From assembly GCA_038245295.1 (NCBI GenBank), contig JBBRSP010000010.1, positions 1 through 64,000 on the forward strand: a stretch of 64,000 nt of DNA, written 5' to 3'. The stretch is from Candidatus Binatia bacterium. GTDB lineage: Bacteria; Desulfobacterota; Binatia; HRBIN30. Below, piece after piece: positions 49,958 through 61,069 of the stretch (positions are counted from its first letter, which is position 1; every line of letters starts with the position of its first letter). Both the position numbers and the translations under genes were made by a program. The notes below the pieces were generated by a model that was not told the DNA's origin, searched no databases, and saw nothing but the letters and a program-made list of their open reading frames with translations.

Positions 49958-50353
49958 ATGGCGCGAATCCTGATCGTCGATGACGAAGCGCATCAGCGGC
50001 TCCTCTATCGGGAGTTGCTGGAAGACGAAGGTCACCTGGTGTTGGAAGCAGCCGACGGCGCAATGGCGCTCGAGATCGTCCGTCGTGAGACTCCGGATTT
50101 GGTCATCCTCGATATCAACATGCCCGGGCCCGATGGGCTGCAAACCCTCCGGCGGCTGCACGATCTGAACCCCCGCCTGGCGGTGATTCTCAACTCGGCC
50201 TACGCCGCGTACAAGGATCAGTTTGTCAGCTGGCTGGCCGACGCGTACGTTACCAAGTCGTCGCGAACCGACGATATGATTGCGACCGTTCACGCGGTTC
50301 TAGCGCAGCGTGGCAACAATCGCGTTGCACAGAGTGGGCGCCCGCACGCATGA
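49958..50353 (+). CDS. Single-domain response regulator
   Basis: ILIVDDE, LVILDINMP, YVTKS. Confidence 0.93.
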   Translation: MARILIVDDEAHQRLLYRELLEDEGHLVLEAADGAMALEIVRRETPDLVILDINMPGPDGLQTLRRLHDLNPRLAVILNSAYAAYKDQFVSWLADAYVTKSSRTDDMIATVHAVLAQRGNNRVAQSGRPHA

Positions 50354-51588
50354 ACCACAGAGAATGGAATGAATCGACGCTGGTGATGCTACTCGCCGGC
50401 GGCCAGGGCGAACGTCTGTACCCGCTGACCAAACGGCGCGCCAAGCCGGCCGTTCCATTCGCCGGCTTGTATCGCATCGTCGACTTTACCCTCTCCAATT
50501 GTCTGAATAGCGGCCTGCGTCGGGTCTTCGTTCTAACCCAGCACAAGTCGTTGTCGCTCGATCGCCATCTGCGTGTTGCATGGAGCATTCTGCAGCCCGA
50601 CATGGGCGAGTTCATCCAGAGCGTACCGCCGCAATTGAGTCTCGTGTCGCGTTGGTACGCCGGCACTGCCGATGCCGTCTTCCAGAATCTCGACCTGCTC
50701 GAGGAGGAGCGCGCGCGATACACGCTCATCGTCTCCGGCGATCACATCTACCGGATGGACTATCGTGAGATGCTGCAGTTTCACGCGGACCGCGACGCGG
50801 ATTTGACTGTCGCCTGCACAGAGGTGTCTGTTGACGAGGCAACCCGCATGGGAGTCATCCAGGTTGACGGCGAGGCTCACATCCGCGGCTTTGCCGAGAA
50901 GCCAACACACCCGGCAACACTCCCGAATCGCGCCGGGCGGTGTCTGGCGAGCATGGGGGTATACGTGTTCAAGACCGAAGCGCTGGTCCGTTCTCTCATC
51001 GCCGACGCGAAGAGCGAATCAACACACGACTTCGGGCATGATGTGATCCCGTCGATGCTGTCGTCGGCACGTCGTCTATGCGCCTTCGACGTCATTGAGC
51101 GCCTTCCCCCCACACAACGCTATTGGCAGGACGTCGGCACGCTCGACAGCTATTTCGAAACCAACATGGACCTGCTCGGAGCCAATCCACCGTTCAACCT
51201 GTTCGATCCCGGGTGGGCCGTACGCACTCACATCGGCCATCCACCGCCGGCGCTGTTGCGCAACGCCGACGGCTACGAGGCGCGCGCGGTCAACTGCATC
51301 GTCTCCCCGGGCTGCATGTTGTCCGGAGCCCAGGTGTTCAACTCCGTCTTGTCACCCGGAGTGCAAATCGACGCCGGCGCCACGATCGAATCGTGCATCC
51401 TGATGCCGAACGTCCGCGTCGGTGCCGGAGCAACCTTGCGACGCTCGATCGTCGATGAGAATGTCGTCATCCCACCCGGGATGCAGCTGGGGTGCGATGT
51501 CGATGCGGACCGAAGCCGCTACACGGTGACCAAATCCGGTGTTGTCGTCGTCGGCGAGGGCACCCTGCTCGGGGGAAGCTCGTGGTGA
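50350..51588 (+). CDS. glgC: Glucose-1-phosphate adenylyltransferase
   Basis: LAGGQGERLYPLT..RAKPAVPF, WYAGTADAV, SGDHIYRMDY, FAEKP, ASMGVY, HDFG, YWQDVGTLD. Confidence 0.96.
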   Translation: MNHREWNESTLVMLLAGGQGERLYPLTKRRAKPAVPFAGLYRIVDFTLSNCLNSGLRRVFVLTQHKSLSLDRHLRVAWSILQPDMGEFIQSVPPQLSLVSRWYAGTADAVFQNLDLLEEERARYTLIVSGDHIYRMDYREMLQFHADRDADLTVACTEVSVDEATRMGVIQVDGEAHIRGFAEKPTHPATLPNRAGRCLASMGVYVFKTEALVRSLIADAKSESTHDFGHDVIPSMLSSARRLCAFDVIERLPPTQRYWQDVGTLDSYFETNMDLLGANPPFNLFDPGWAVRTHIGHPPPALLRNADGYEARAVNCIVSPGCMLSGAQVFNSVLSPGVQIDAGATIESCILMPNVRVGAGATLRRSIVDENVVIPPGMQLGCDVDADRSRYTVTKSGVVVVGEGTLLGGSSW

Positions 51589-51844
51589 TTGCGGCGCCGT
51601 CTTTGCCCCCCCAGGGTGTGATTCAGCGTTCAACTTTGACCCCGATCGGCTTCCAATCGTGACCCCCGTTCGACCGGGCAACAATTCAATTGGGCAGGCT
51701 TATTAGGGAACTCCGGGTGGGGTCAATTTTCGACGCCTGCCCCAGGGGCAGACCCCACGCCGATTCACACCCTGCCTTTGTGCACAACAACGATCGCCCG
51801 TGTGAAGCGCTCGTAGCCTTGCTCCTATTGGAGCTGCAGTTCGA

Positions 51845-52699
51845 CTACCACTCGGCAGGGGCGACAACCTGAGTAACGGTTTCGATGGTGATGCGACCGA
51901 GCTTGCCGTCACGGAATTCGTTGAGCAAGACAAGCGCGGCCTTGTTCAAGTCGGGAATAGCGTCCTTCAGAAGCAGGCCGCGGCGACGCGCCACCGCCGC
52001 GATGACCTCGCGTCCGTCAGCCTCCGCCGCGATCGGTCCGAAGCGCTTGTCGAGCTGCTCCGGGTAGTGCGTCATGAGGTACTGTCCAAGCGCCGTCGCC
52101 ACTTCTTGGGCATCGTACGCGTTGACGCCGAGGCTGTTGATGGCGGCGAGTTTTACGGCGCTTTCCTGGGCAATGTTTGGCCACGTCAGGCCCGGCGTAT
52201 CGACAAGCCACATCCCCTGCCCCAGGGCGTGACCCATATGCATCTTCGTGATGGCTGGTTGATCGCCGACCGCGGCGACGTGGCGTTTGAGCAATGCATT
52301 CATCAAGGTCGATTTGCCGACGTTGGGAATGCCGAGGATCATCATCCTCAGGGGCTTGGCGGCGGTGGCGCGCTGACGCGCCAGCAACCGCGCCTCGCTC
52401 GCTATGCGGTTGGCATCGCCGGGCTTCTTTGCCGAGATCGCAATGGCCCTGTCCCCCGGCTGGGCGTTGTAGTGATCGAGCCATGACCGCGTGCGCTCCG
52501 GGTCAGCCAAATCGCTCTTGTTGAGGACCTTCAGGGCCGGCCGCCGGTTCCGTTTGCGCAACGCTTCGATGACCGGATTGCAGCTGGCGTGCGGCGCGCG
52601 CGCGTCGAGTACTTCGATGACAACGTCGGTCTTGCTCATGGCCGCGACCGCATCCTTGCGGGCGGTGACCATATGACCGGGGTACCAGGAGATAGGCAT
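51845..52699 (-). CDS. ylqF: Ribosome biogenesis GTPase YlqF/RbgA
   Basis: ISWYPGHM, EVLDARAP, NKSD, GIPNVGKST, DTPG. Confidence 0.95.
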   Translation of the reverse strand: MPISWYPGHMVTARKDAVAAMSKTDVVIEVLDARAPHASCNPVIEALRKRNRRPALKVLNKSDLADPERTRSWLDHYNAQPGDRAIAISAKKPGDANRIASEARLLARQRATAAKPLRMMILGIPNVGKSTLMNALLKRHVAAVGDQPAITKMHMGHALGQGMWLVDTPGLTWPNIAQESAVKLAAINSLGVNAYDAQEVATALGQYLMTHYPEQLDKRFGPIAAEADGREVIAAVARRRGLLLKDAIPDLNKAALVLLNEFRDGKLGRITIETVTQVVAPAEW

Positions 52700-52980
52700 C
52701 GGCGAAGCGCCTCACGACCGAACAGTCAGTGGCGACATCATAACCGGCGTGGCCTCGACCATTGGAGGACCAGACCCGAGGATCTCAACTGGCTCGCGAT
52801 GGTGTCGATGTCCATGTCGCACGCGTAGCACACGGGTACCCCCGGGGCTTGGGGGTTGTGTGCCTTGTACGGGAGCGTCGATCTCGGGTGGTCTTCGATT
52901 GTTCCCGCCAGGTCCGCGTCTCCGAGTCCTCCCATCGTGAAGCCTCGCATCCGACATCCTCGTTGGGCTAGGATTCTCCC

Positions 52981-54198
52981 ATGGCCTACATCGAAGATCG
53001 CGTCGTTCACGACGCCGACGCGCACGTCATGGAGACACCCTTCTGGTTGCGTGACCATGCCGATCCGGCGATTCGCGACCGCATCGCGCCGCCCGGCTAC
53101 GTCAATGAGCTCAAACAGAGCGGTGAATCGGCGCAGCAAGCTGCCGAGATCGAGGCAGTCTTCGCTCGTGTCGCCGCGAAGCACGCCTCGGACGAGTACC
53201 GCGCCGGCGACGCGGCAGAGATCATGCAACGCAAGAACTTCGCTGCCACCGGCTCCTTTGTTGCTGCCGATCGCCCGCGTGCCCTCGACCTCCTTGGCGT
53301 CCGAAGCCAGCTCGTCTTCAACACCTTCCACAACCGGCGCCTGCACGACTGGGAGCACGCCGATGATCTGGACTTTGCCTACGGTGTGGCGCGCGCCCAC
53401 AACCGCGCCATGCTCGAGTTCTGTCGCGCCGACGCGCGACTCTTGCCGACTCTTTACGTGCCGCTCGCCGATTTCGACCGCGCCCGAGCGATGGCGCGCG
53501 AGTCGATCGAGATGGGAGCGGCGGCATTGCTCATCGCCTCGGGCTGTCCCAAGAAGCATTCTCCTAGCCACATCGGGCTCGATCCAACTTGGGCCGTGGC
53601 CCAAGAAGCCGGGATTCCGATCGTCTTTCACGTCGGTGGCACCGGCGCGCTGATCGACCCAAACTATTTTCACAACGGTCTGCCGATCCCGCCCGACTTC
53701 CATGGCGGCGAGGAGAACTTCCGCTCGGTGGACTACATGGGGATTCCCGGCCCGCCGATGCAGACACTCGCGACGATGATCTTCGACGGTGTGCTCGAAC
53801 GTTTCCCGGAGCTGCGAATTGGCGTCATCGAGCAGGGTGCGATCTGGTTGCCTAGTTGGATCCGCCAGATGGAATCGGCCGTCGAGGCCTTCGGCCGCCA
53901 CGAGGAGCGGCTAGGTAAGCTGTCGTTGCGGCCGACAGAGTACGTGCAGCGGCAGATCCGCGTCACGCCGTATCCGACCGAGGATGTCGGCTGGATTACG
54001 GCGCAGATCGGTCCCGACATCTGCATGTTTTCCACCGACTTTCCGCATGTCGAAGGCGGACGCCGGCCGCTCGAGCGCTTCGAGCGCAGCCTCGGTGACG
54101 CGTCGGCCGCGGTGCGCGAACGATTCTACGCCGACAACTTTATCGACCTGATGGGCCGCGGCCTGCCGGGAGATCTGGTTACATCTCGATCTTCATAG
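52981..54198 (+). CDS. Amidohydrolase family 2 protein
   Basis: DADAHVME, VFHVG, GVLERFPELR, FSTDFPHVE. Confidence 0.92.
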   Translation: MAYIEDRVVHDADAHVMETPFWLRDHADPAIRDRIAPPGYVNELKQSGESAQQAAEIEAVFARVAAKHASDEYRAGDAAEIMQRKNFAATGSFVAADRPRALDLLGVRSQLVFNTFHNRRLHDWEHADDLDFAYGVARAHNRAMLEFCRADARLLPTLYVPLADFDRARAMARESIEMGAAALLIASGCPKKHSPSHIGLDPTWAVAQEAGIPIVFHVGGTGALIDPNYFHNGLPIPPDFHGGEENFRSVDYMGIPGPPMQTLATMIFDGVLERFPELRIGVIEQGAIWLPSWIRQMESAVEAFGRHEERLGKLSLRPTEYVQRQIRVTPYPTEDVGWITAQIGPDICMFSTDFPHVEGGRRPLERFERSLGDASAAVRERFYADNFIDLMGRGLPGDLVTSRSS

Positions 54199-54293
54199 AG
54201 GGGATCGGTCCACGACTGGCAACCGAGGCGGGGGATCCCGGGGGGCATAGTGATCAAGTTTTCCAACGCCGCGAGCAACACCGCATGGCTCCA

Positions 54294-54392
54294 GAGGCGG
54301 CAAGAAGGACACCCATCTCCGCCCGGCGACAGTCACGGAGCGGTGCGCTGATCCAGTGCGCTGAGCTCACGGCAAAATCGCCGAGTCTTGTG
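54294..54392. repeat. 99-bp inverted repeat, left arm (partner 58992-59090)
   Basis: GAGGCGGCAAGAAGGACACCCAT...GAGCGGTGCGCTGATCCA...AATCGCCGAGTCTTGTG matches the reverse complement of 58992-59090. Confidence 0.85.
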
Positions 54393-54455
54393 CGTGGCGT
54401 GGGACACCCTTCGTAAAGCCAACCTACCCACGCACGCCGATCGCGTACGAAGCAG

Positions 54456-54599
54456 CGGACCCAGGGACACCCACCCGTGAACGGCATCGTTACTTGTTGG
54501 TTTATCAAACAGTTGGGCCGATCACCGCGGGAAAGTGTTGTCCTCGACGCGGGTGGGTGTCCTCCATCGCCACTCGGGTGGGTGTCCTCCATCGCCACT
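54456..54599. mobile_element. GGACACCCACCCG element, copy 1, with a 25-bp tandem duplication at its right end
   Basis: GGACACCCACCCG...CGGGTGGGTGTCC inverted ends; CGGGTGGGTGTCCTCCATCGCCACT twice (54550-54599); homologous to 61883-62024. Confidence 0.8.
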
Positions 54600-54619
54600 G
54601 CGCGCCACGCGGCGGGTTG

Positions 54620-55170
54620 TCCTCGCTACCCATCGGCACCGAGCCCTCGCGAGCGTTGACCAGGTCGAACCACAGGACGATGCGCTCGCCGGAGGTGCCA
54701 TACACTTCACGGCGTTTGAGGGCGTCCCAAATCGCGTTGCGGTCCCGACCGGCGCTGTGCACCGCAACGAGGCCACCGGTCATGAAGTAGTTGGCTTGGC
54801 GCTCGAAGTCCCACAGCGGCAACGGCAACACGCCCGTCATTGCGTGCTGAGCCATGGTCAGCGGCACCGACTCTGGCGCCGGCGCCGTCTCTGGGCGCAG
54901 CAGTTGGCGCAGCGCCGCGTCGCGCGGGCCGGCGTGTTCGGTCATATCGCGCCGGTCGTATTCCTTGTAGCCGGTGCCGGGACGCGCGGTGTGATTGTCG
55001 CTGGAGCCGATGAACCCGAAGCGGAAGCGCAACGGTTCCGCGCCGCTCGTGTCGAAGTGACCGATGGCGAGCGCGCGCTGCGCCGAGTTGCCGGGGCGCA
55101 GGCTGAAGGCCGGCTTGAAGCAGTCGCGGCATTGGCCGCAGTCCAGCCAATCCTGTGCGTTGGCGCCAGA
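54620..55170 (-). pseudogene. Internal fragment of a DUF3604-like protein
   Basis: FGFIGSSDNHTARPG, GGLVAVH...RNAIWDALKRREVYGTSGERI; lacks both ends. Confidence 0.75.
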
Positions 55171-55422
55171 GCATCCGATCTTGCCTAGCGATCCGTTGCT
55201 ACGACCATCCTCGGCTTGCCGGTGCACCTCCGCGTCATCAACAGCTACTGGGCGAGCAGCAGCGGGTGCGCGACGCCTATCAAGCCGTGCCGGCGCCTGA
55301 CCGCCCCCGTGTCGACCGCTTCCTTGCCGACATCGGCTGCGCAGGTTTGTTCGAAACAGCCGCCGCGTGGCGCGTGAAGAAGAACGCGGACGGGTGGCTC
55401 GCTGTGTACCGCGCGTAACTAG

Positions 55423-58400
55423 TTAGTTACACTGAATCGTTGTCGACGTCGTACTGACTCGGTCGACGCAGCGCGAGTACGTCACTTCCGCACGGTAGCC
55501 CGAAGCATCGGTCACGACGAGCGTTAGCGGTGCGATCAACGTTGGGAATACAGGGGGGGTCAGATTGACGTGCAGCTTGGCCCGCAGCGTCGTGATTCCA
55601 TCTTTGCCGTAGGCGAAGACCATGCGGTCGGCATGATTCGCCGCCGACTGAGTGCGGCAGAACGAGTCGACTCCACCCGGGCAGCCCCTGCCTTGCGTCA
55701 ACGGTACCCCCGGTATTGAGGTGAACAGATCGACTCCCGCGGAGTCGGTGACGACGATATCGATGGGCGCCTGGATAACCGAACCGTTGTTGGGAGGAAG
55801 ATAACAGCCCGGTGGCGGCGGGCAGCTCGTGGCCGACATCTGCAGCTGGAAGCTACTCGGATCCTTCTTGTAGGCGATCAGCTTTAGCGACCTCGCACCG
55901 GTGCACGGACCGACCACCGGAGGGTGAGTTGCCGTGGGTGCCGCTGGGGCAGTTGCCGTGGCGGTTCGCGTCGCCACACCAGGGGTGAGGGTTCGCGCCA
56001 TGGTAGGCGTAGCGGTGCCCACACCACTCGACCCTCCGCCTGAACCCGTACGCGTCGGCGTGATTGTCGGGGTAGGCGCGTTCGAGTTGGGCAGACCACC
56101 GACTACATTGGTCGCATCGCTGGCGCTGTCATTCGACCGATTGAGATCGCCGGCTGTTGCGACCACCGCCCTATTGATGACCGCCTCCTGCGCCTGGTTC
56201 GAGACACGCACGGTCAACGTCAGGAACGTTACTGCCTTCGGTTGCAATATGATCGAGCTGACGCAAGTCGTGACTTGCCCCGCGGCGCTGCAGAGAAATC
56301 CGCCTCCGGTATTGCTGACGAAGGCGAACCCAACCGGCAACGTATCGGTAACAATGATTGATCCGTTCGTGGGTCCGTCTCCGACGTTGGTGACAGAGAT
56401 CGTGTAGATCCCGGTCTGGCCAACTCGCAGTGAACCGGAATGCTGTTTCACAATCTTGAGGTCTGGAGATGAGAGAGGTGTCCGGGTCGACGTGGCGCTG
56501 GGTGCGACACGCACCGTCGGCGTAGCCGTGGTTGTGGGAGTTGCGGTTGGAGTCGCCGTGGCAGTGTTGGTGCCGGTCGCCGTTTGCGTCGCCGTTTGTG
56601 TGATCGTCGGAGCCTGCGTCGCTGTCGTTGTGACGGTAGCTGTTTGGGTCGGAGTGTCGGTCAGCGTCGGGGGCGGCGTCTGGGTGATCGTCGGCGTCAC
56701 CGTCGCGGTTTGCGTCGCTGTATTGGCGACCGTGGGAGTCCGTGTCGGAGTTTGAGTGATCGTCGAGGTCTGAGTCGGCGTATCCGTCGGCGTGTTGGTC
56801 GCCGTGTCGGTCACCGTCGGGGTGGCCGTCGCGGTCGAGGTCGGTGAGTTAGTGGCCGTTGACGTCGGCGTCGCCTTACTCGTGGAAGTCGGGGTCGCGG
56901 TGCTCGTGACAGTCGCCGTTTGCGTCGGCGTGTTCGTGATCGTCGGCGTCTGAGTCGGTGTACGCGTGGCCGTGCTGGTCGGAGTCTGCGTCGGCGTATC
57001 CGTAGCCGTGCTCGTCGGCGTGCTCGTGTCGGTCACGGTAGGTGTGGCCGTCGGAGTATTGGTGATCGTCGCCGTTTGCGTCGGCGTATCGGTCACCGTG
57101 GGCGTAATCGTCGGCGTCTGAGTCGGCGTTTCGGTGGCCGTACTCGTCGGCGTGATGGTCGCCGTGTCGGTCACCGTAGGCGTGGCCGTCGCGGTCGAGG
57201 TCGGTGAGTTGGTGGCCGTCGACGTCGGCGTTTGAGTCGGGGTGTTCGTGGGCGTCGACGTAGCCGTCGAGGTTGGCGTGGCCGTCACGGTCGGCGTCGA
57301 CGTCGGCGTTTGAGTCGGAGTGGTCGTTGGCGTCGACGTAGGCGTCGAGGTTGGGGTGGCCGTCACGGTCGGCGTCGACGTCGGGGTTTGAGTCGGGGTG
57401 TTCGTTGGCGTCGACGTAGCCGTCGAGGTTGGCGTGGCCGTCACGGTCGGCGTCGACGTCGGGGTTTGAGTCGGGGTGTTCGATGGCGTCGACGTAGCCG
57501 TCGAGGTTGGCGTGGCCGTCACGGTCGGCGTCGACGTCGGCGAATTGGTCGCCGTACTGGTCGGTGTCTGCGTCGGAGTTTGCGTAATCGTCGGCGTCTG
57601 AGTCGGTGTACGCGTGGCCGTGCCGGTTGGTGTCCGCGTCGGCGTCTGGGTCAGCGTCGGCGTTTGCGTCGGCGTGTTCGTCACGGTCGGCGTCGACGTC
57701 GGGGTGTTCGTCGCGGTCGCGGTCGCTGTGGACGTCGGCGTGCTCGTCGGCGTGGATGTTGGCGTTCCGGTTGGCGTGTTCGTGGCGGTCACGGTCGGCG
57801 TCGATGTCGGTGTATTGGTTGCAGTGTTGGTCGGTGTTTGCGTCGGAGTATTGGTGACCGTGGAGGTCCGCGTCGGAGTCTGCGTAATGGTCGCCGTCTG
57901 ACTCGGCGTGTTCGTCGGCGAATTCGTCGCCGTGCTGGTCGACGTCTGTGTTGGAGTCCGCGTGTTGGTAACGGTCGGCGTTGACGTTGCCGTAGTTGTG
58001 GGGGTCTGGGTAGGCGTGCTTGTGATGGTCGCGGTCTGCGTCGGAGTATTGGTGACAGTGGGCGTCCGTGTCGGTGTCTGAGTCGGCGTACGTGTCGATG
58101 TCTGTGTTGGAGTCTGGGTGATCGTTGCCGTCTGCGTCGGCGTACTTGTCGGTGTGTTGCTTATCGTCGACGTGGAGGTCGGCGAATTGGTCGCCGTGCT
58201 GGTCGGCGTCCGCGTTTGAGTCAGCGTCGGTGTCTGAGTCGGCGTACCCGTCGACGTGGTGGTCGGTGTCTGTGTTGGGGTCGGCGTGGTCGTCGCGGTC
58301 TGCGTCGGAGTACCGGTGACCGTGGGGGTCCGCGTCGGGGTCTGCGAAATCGTCGGCGTCTGCGTCGGTGTGCTCGTCCGCGTAGAGCTCGGCGAATTGG

Positions 58401-58713
58401 TCGCCGTACCTGTCGGCGTCCGCGTTGGAGTCCGGGTGATCGTCGCTGTCCGAGTCGGTGTCGGGCTGAGGAAGTTGCCGCCGCAGCCAGTAGCGCAAGT
58501 GTTCCCAGCGCCACCGTGGAAGCTGGCTGTACCGCAGCCAGCGGCGGTACAGCCGCTCGTGCATTGGGAATTGCCGCCGGCGACGTCAATGCACATCGGG
58601 CCCGCGGCGCACGCCGAGCATACGCAGCATCCCGCACCCAATGCGACCTGAGGTGCAAGGGAGCCGAGGATCGACGCGACCACGATGACAAGCAACCAGC
58701 GGTGCAGGTTCAT
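55423..58713 (-). CDS. Large secreted Thr/Pro-rich surface protein with DUF11-like Ig domain
   Basis: Signal peptide, Cys-rich N-terminus, about 660-residue (T-X)n tract, DLKIVK...YTISVTNVG...VTDTLP domain. Confidence 0.9.
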   Translation of the reverse strand: MNLHRWLLVIVVASILGSLAPQVALGAGCCVCSACAAGPMCIDVAGGNSQCTSGCTAAGCGTASFHGGAGNTCATGCGGNFLSPTPTRTATITRTPTRTPTGTATNSPSSTRTSTPTQTPTISQTPTRTPTVTGTPTQTATTTPTPTQTPTTTSTGTPTQTPTLTQTRTPTSTATNSPTSTSTISNTPTSTPTQTATITQTPTQTSTRTPTQTPTRTPTVTNTPTQTATITSTPTQTPTTTATSTPTVTNTRTPTQTSTSTATNSPTNTPSQTATITQTPTRTSTVTNTPTQTPTNTATNTPTSTPTVTATNTPTGTPTSTPTSTPTSTATATATNTPTSTPTVTNTPTQTPTLTQTPTRTPTGTATRTPTQTPTITQTPTQTPTSTATNSPTSTPTVTATPTSTATSTPSNTPTQTPTSTPTVTATPTSTATSTPTNTPTQTPTSTPTVTATPTSTPTSTPTTTPTQTPTSTPTVTATPTSTATSTPTNTPTQTPTSTATNSPTSTATATPTVTDTATITPTSTATETPTQTPTITPTVTDTPTQTATITNTPTATPTVTDTSTPTSTATDTPTQTPTSTATRTPTQTPTITNTPTQTATVTSTATPTSTSKATPTSTATNSPTSTATATPTVTDTATNTPTDTPTQTSTITQTPTRTPTVANTATQTATVTPTITQTPPPTLTDTPTQTATVTTTATQAPTITQTATQTATGTNTATATPTATPTTTATPTVRVAPSATSTRTPLSSPDLKIVKQHSGSLRVGQTGIYTISVTNVGDGPTNGSIIVTDTLPVGFAFVSNTGGGFLCSAAGQVTTCVSSIILQPKAVTFLTLTVRVSNQAQEAVINRAVVATAGDLNRSNDSASDATNVVGGLPNSNAPTPTITPTRTGSGGGSSGVGTATPTMARTLTPGVATRTATATAPAAPTATHPPVVGPCTGARSLKLIAYKKDPSSFQLQMSATSCPPPPGCYLPPNNGSVIQAPIDIVVTDSAGVDLFTSIPGVPLTQGRGCPGGVDSFCRTQSAANHADRMVFAYGKDGITTLRAKLHVNLTPPVFPTLIAPLTLVVTDASGYRAEVTYSRCVDRVSTTSTTIQCN
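57226..57537. repeat. Four tandem 78-bp (26-aa) intragenic repeats
   Basis: Units start at 57226, 57304, 57382, 57460; [26 protein letters not shown]. Confidence 0.9.
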
Positions 58714-58991
58714 CGGGCCCACTCGGCTGCCAAGCCACGGTCGCTGCAGCTTGTGGGAAATGTTCTCCGGTGCCTCGCGGCACCAGGGGAACTCCGGTAA
58801 AAGATAGTGAAAACCCCGAGAGGACCACCCCTGATATGGGGCCTTCCCCTTAAAGTAAGACAACTCCCCTAGCGTAGCAGCGTGCTACGCACTTTAAGGC
58901 CCGGAGTAGTACGCGCGTGTTTCTACCCGCTCAGGTCATTCTGCGCTCGGCCTCGAGGCCGGATCGATTCAGCGAGCGCCTGTTGGACACC

Positions 58992-59090
58992 CACAAGACT
59001 CGGCGATTGCGCCGTGAGATCAGCCCCTTGGATCAGCGCACCGCTCAGCGACTGTCGCTGGGGGGAAATGGGTGTCCTTGTTGCCGCCTC
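58992..59090. repeat. 99-bp inverted repeat, right arm
   Basis: See 54294-54392. Confidence 0.85.
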
Positions 59091-59336
59091 CCCATCGATT
59101 GGATGACACGTGGTCAATCCGATCAGCATTGTCACTGTCACCGAATGGTCCGAATAGTTCCCGCGTCCCCTAAATCGGGCTGAAGGCTCGAATCATGCAC
59201 TGTCGACCCGTATACGGCCTAGACACCCAAGTACTACTCGGCGGCGCCGAGCGTGACTGTCCTATCAGGCGGGGCCGCTCACTGGCGGGCAGGTGCGACT
59301 GTCCGCTGCGTTCGTTCGTTTGGCGGGGCCGACGGT

Positions 59337-59747
59337 TTAGCGCTTTAGGAGATCAGCACCGTTCGGTGCGTCCCAGGCGATCACGACACCGGTTGCCGAA
59401 ACACCCTGCTGAGAGTAGCCGAAGATGCTGCCATATCCTTCACTCCCCAGCTTGCCAACCACGATGGCGTCGCCGCCGTGTTCACAGGCGCAACGCTTGA
59501 GCTCGACTACAGCATCCGGCGTCTTGTCAGATATGGCCCCTCCACCGGTCGCTGTCGCGGTACAAAGCCCAAGCTCCGAGTAGGAGTCGGCCGGCGGCAA
59601 TGCGGTCAACACGCGGATGTCGCAGGTCAGCGGCTTTGGGGATCGCTTCGCTTGCATCATCCCGCTCGCGATGAAGCCGTGCTTGGCCTTGAAGCAGCCA
59701 GATGAAAACGCCATCGCAAGGGCGACGGCAACAGCCGTTGATCGCAT
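59337..59747 (-). CDS. Small lipoprotein (YbjQ/Rcs-like fold possible)
   Basis: FSSGC lipobox, ELKRCACEHGGDAIV. Confidence 0.7.
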   Translation of the reverse strand: MRSTAVAVALAMAFSSGCFKAKHGFIASGMMQAKRSPKPLTCDIRVLTALPPADSYSELGLCTATATGGGAISDKTPDAVVELKRCACEHGGDAIVVGKLGSEGYGSIFGYSQQGVSATGVVIAWDAPNGADLLKR

Positions 59748-59752
59748 GTTAG

Positions 59753-60322
59753 CTAGTCGCCCATGTCCCGCAGTGCCTTCTGGGTTTCTTTATCGTACAC
59801 GTCTTGTGAAATGAGTTTGCGATTATAGAGATCGCGCAGGGTCGTCAGCTTTTCGGCGAGCTTCTGAGTCTTGGTGACGTCCTGCCCGGCGCTTCCTGCT
59901 TGATTGCGGTCACCGACGATCTGGTTGACCGTGATGCCTGCAGGGGCTGGAGACTTTTGTCGCGTTGCCGTCTCGCAGTCGCCGCCATTCAAAGGTGTGT
60001 CGATGGGTGGAAAATAGTATGGCCCACGAAAGATTGCGACAATGCCGAGGGTGAAAATGTATCCGGCGATTCGTCCTCCCGCTACGCGTGTTGTCAACAT
60101 ACCCTCGGCAGAATCGCAGTTGCGATACTCCACACGCCAAGGGTGGGGTGAAGTCACTTTGTCGCGCGGAATTGCGACGGTGGCAGGCGTGGTCCCGATG
60201 AACTGGTCATCGACATAAGCCTTGGCGCCGGGCGGATACGACTTGATCATCGCTTCCTCTGCGCAGCCGGACAAACAGCATGCGTACGCGACGCACACTA
60301 TCCAATGTGCAGTTTTTCTCAT
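59753..60322 (-). CDS. PEGA-domain lipoprotein with C-terminal SHOCT-like helix
   Basis: LSGC lipobox, IKSYPPGAKAYVDDQFIGTTP, LRDLYNRKLISQDVY. Confidence 0.8.
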   Translation of the reverse strand: MRKTAHWIVCVAYACCLSGCAEEAMIKSYPPGAKAYVDDQFIGTTPATVAIPRDKVTSPHPWRVEYRNCDSAEGMLTTRVAGGRIAGYIFTLGIVAIFRGPYYFPPIDTPLNGGDCETATRQKSPAPAGITVNQIVGDRNQAGSAGQDVTKTQKLAEKLTTLRDLYNRKLISQDVYDKETQKALRDMGD

Positions 60323-60390
60323 TCGTCCCCCTGCCTACTCTCGTACATCGTAACCCGCATGATTGAAAGCAACACGAGCCCTCTACCGTG

Positions 60391-60600
60391 GGACTACGGA
60401 GGACACCCTACGGAGGGAGACTACGGAGGAGACTATGGAGAACACCCACACCCCGCGCCGACGGCACCGCCTTCCCACCGAGGTTGCCCAACCACGCAGC
60501 CAACCATAGAAACGACGCCGTTCACGGGTGGGTGTCCTCCATCGCCTCCCCCGTGGCGAAGTGTTGTCTTCGGCTCGGGTGGGTGTCCTCCATCGCCCTC
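60391..60600. repeat. Rearranged GGACACCC element plus short GACTACGGAGG repeats
   Basis: Four (GA)CTA(C/T)GGAG units at 60391-60441; CGGGTGGGTGTCCTCCATCGCC at 60525 and 60576. Confidence 0.75.
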
Positions 60601-60602
60601 CC

Positions 60603-60836
60603 GACGAGATCGCCAATGTCCTCGCGCCGCGGCACCGGCGCGGCGTGAAGCGTTGCGGGTAGCAAAACCAACCCAGCGAGCAACGCCACGGCGACCGCAA
60701 TGATTAGGGTGCCCCGGACAAGGTCGCCGTGCGAACGAGACCAGATTGTTTGGCGCCGACCAGCATCGTCGGCAACCACTTCAACGTGTACCAACAGTGG
60801 GTGTGCGTAGGTGTTTTCGACTGCGGCTTCCGCCAT
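60603..60836 (-). pseudogene. 5' fragment of a diverged paralog of the C45-like gene at 39114-40904
   Basis: MAEAAVENTYAHPLL...AAPVPRREDIGDLV aligns with MAETTIEYTAHPLF...AAPVPRREDIGDLV; upstream DNA also shared. Confidence 0.9.
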
Positions 60837-61069
60837 GATGAGCCCCCGTATCAGGCATCTGTTTCCGGCGCGTCCATAATCCACGCCAATTCCCCGGTGC
60901 ATTCCGACGCACCAGAGAGGGTAGTTGACGGCGTCAGGTTCGCGCGTCATGGCCGCACGCTAGCTTCCCAGCATGAGCGGATACCACTGGTGCCCTCTCC
61001 CGGCTCGAACGGTCCGGCAACATCTGGGAGAGGGTTAGGGTCAATGTCGTCAAGTTAGCGAGAGAAGTG

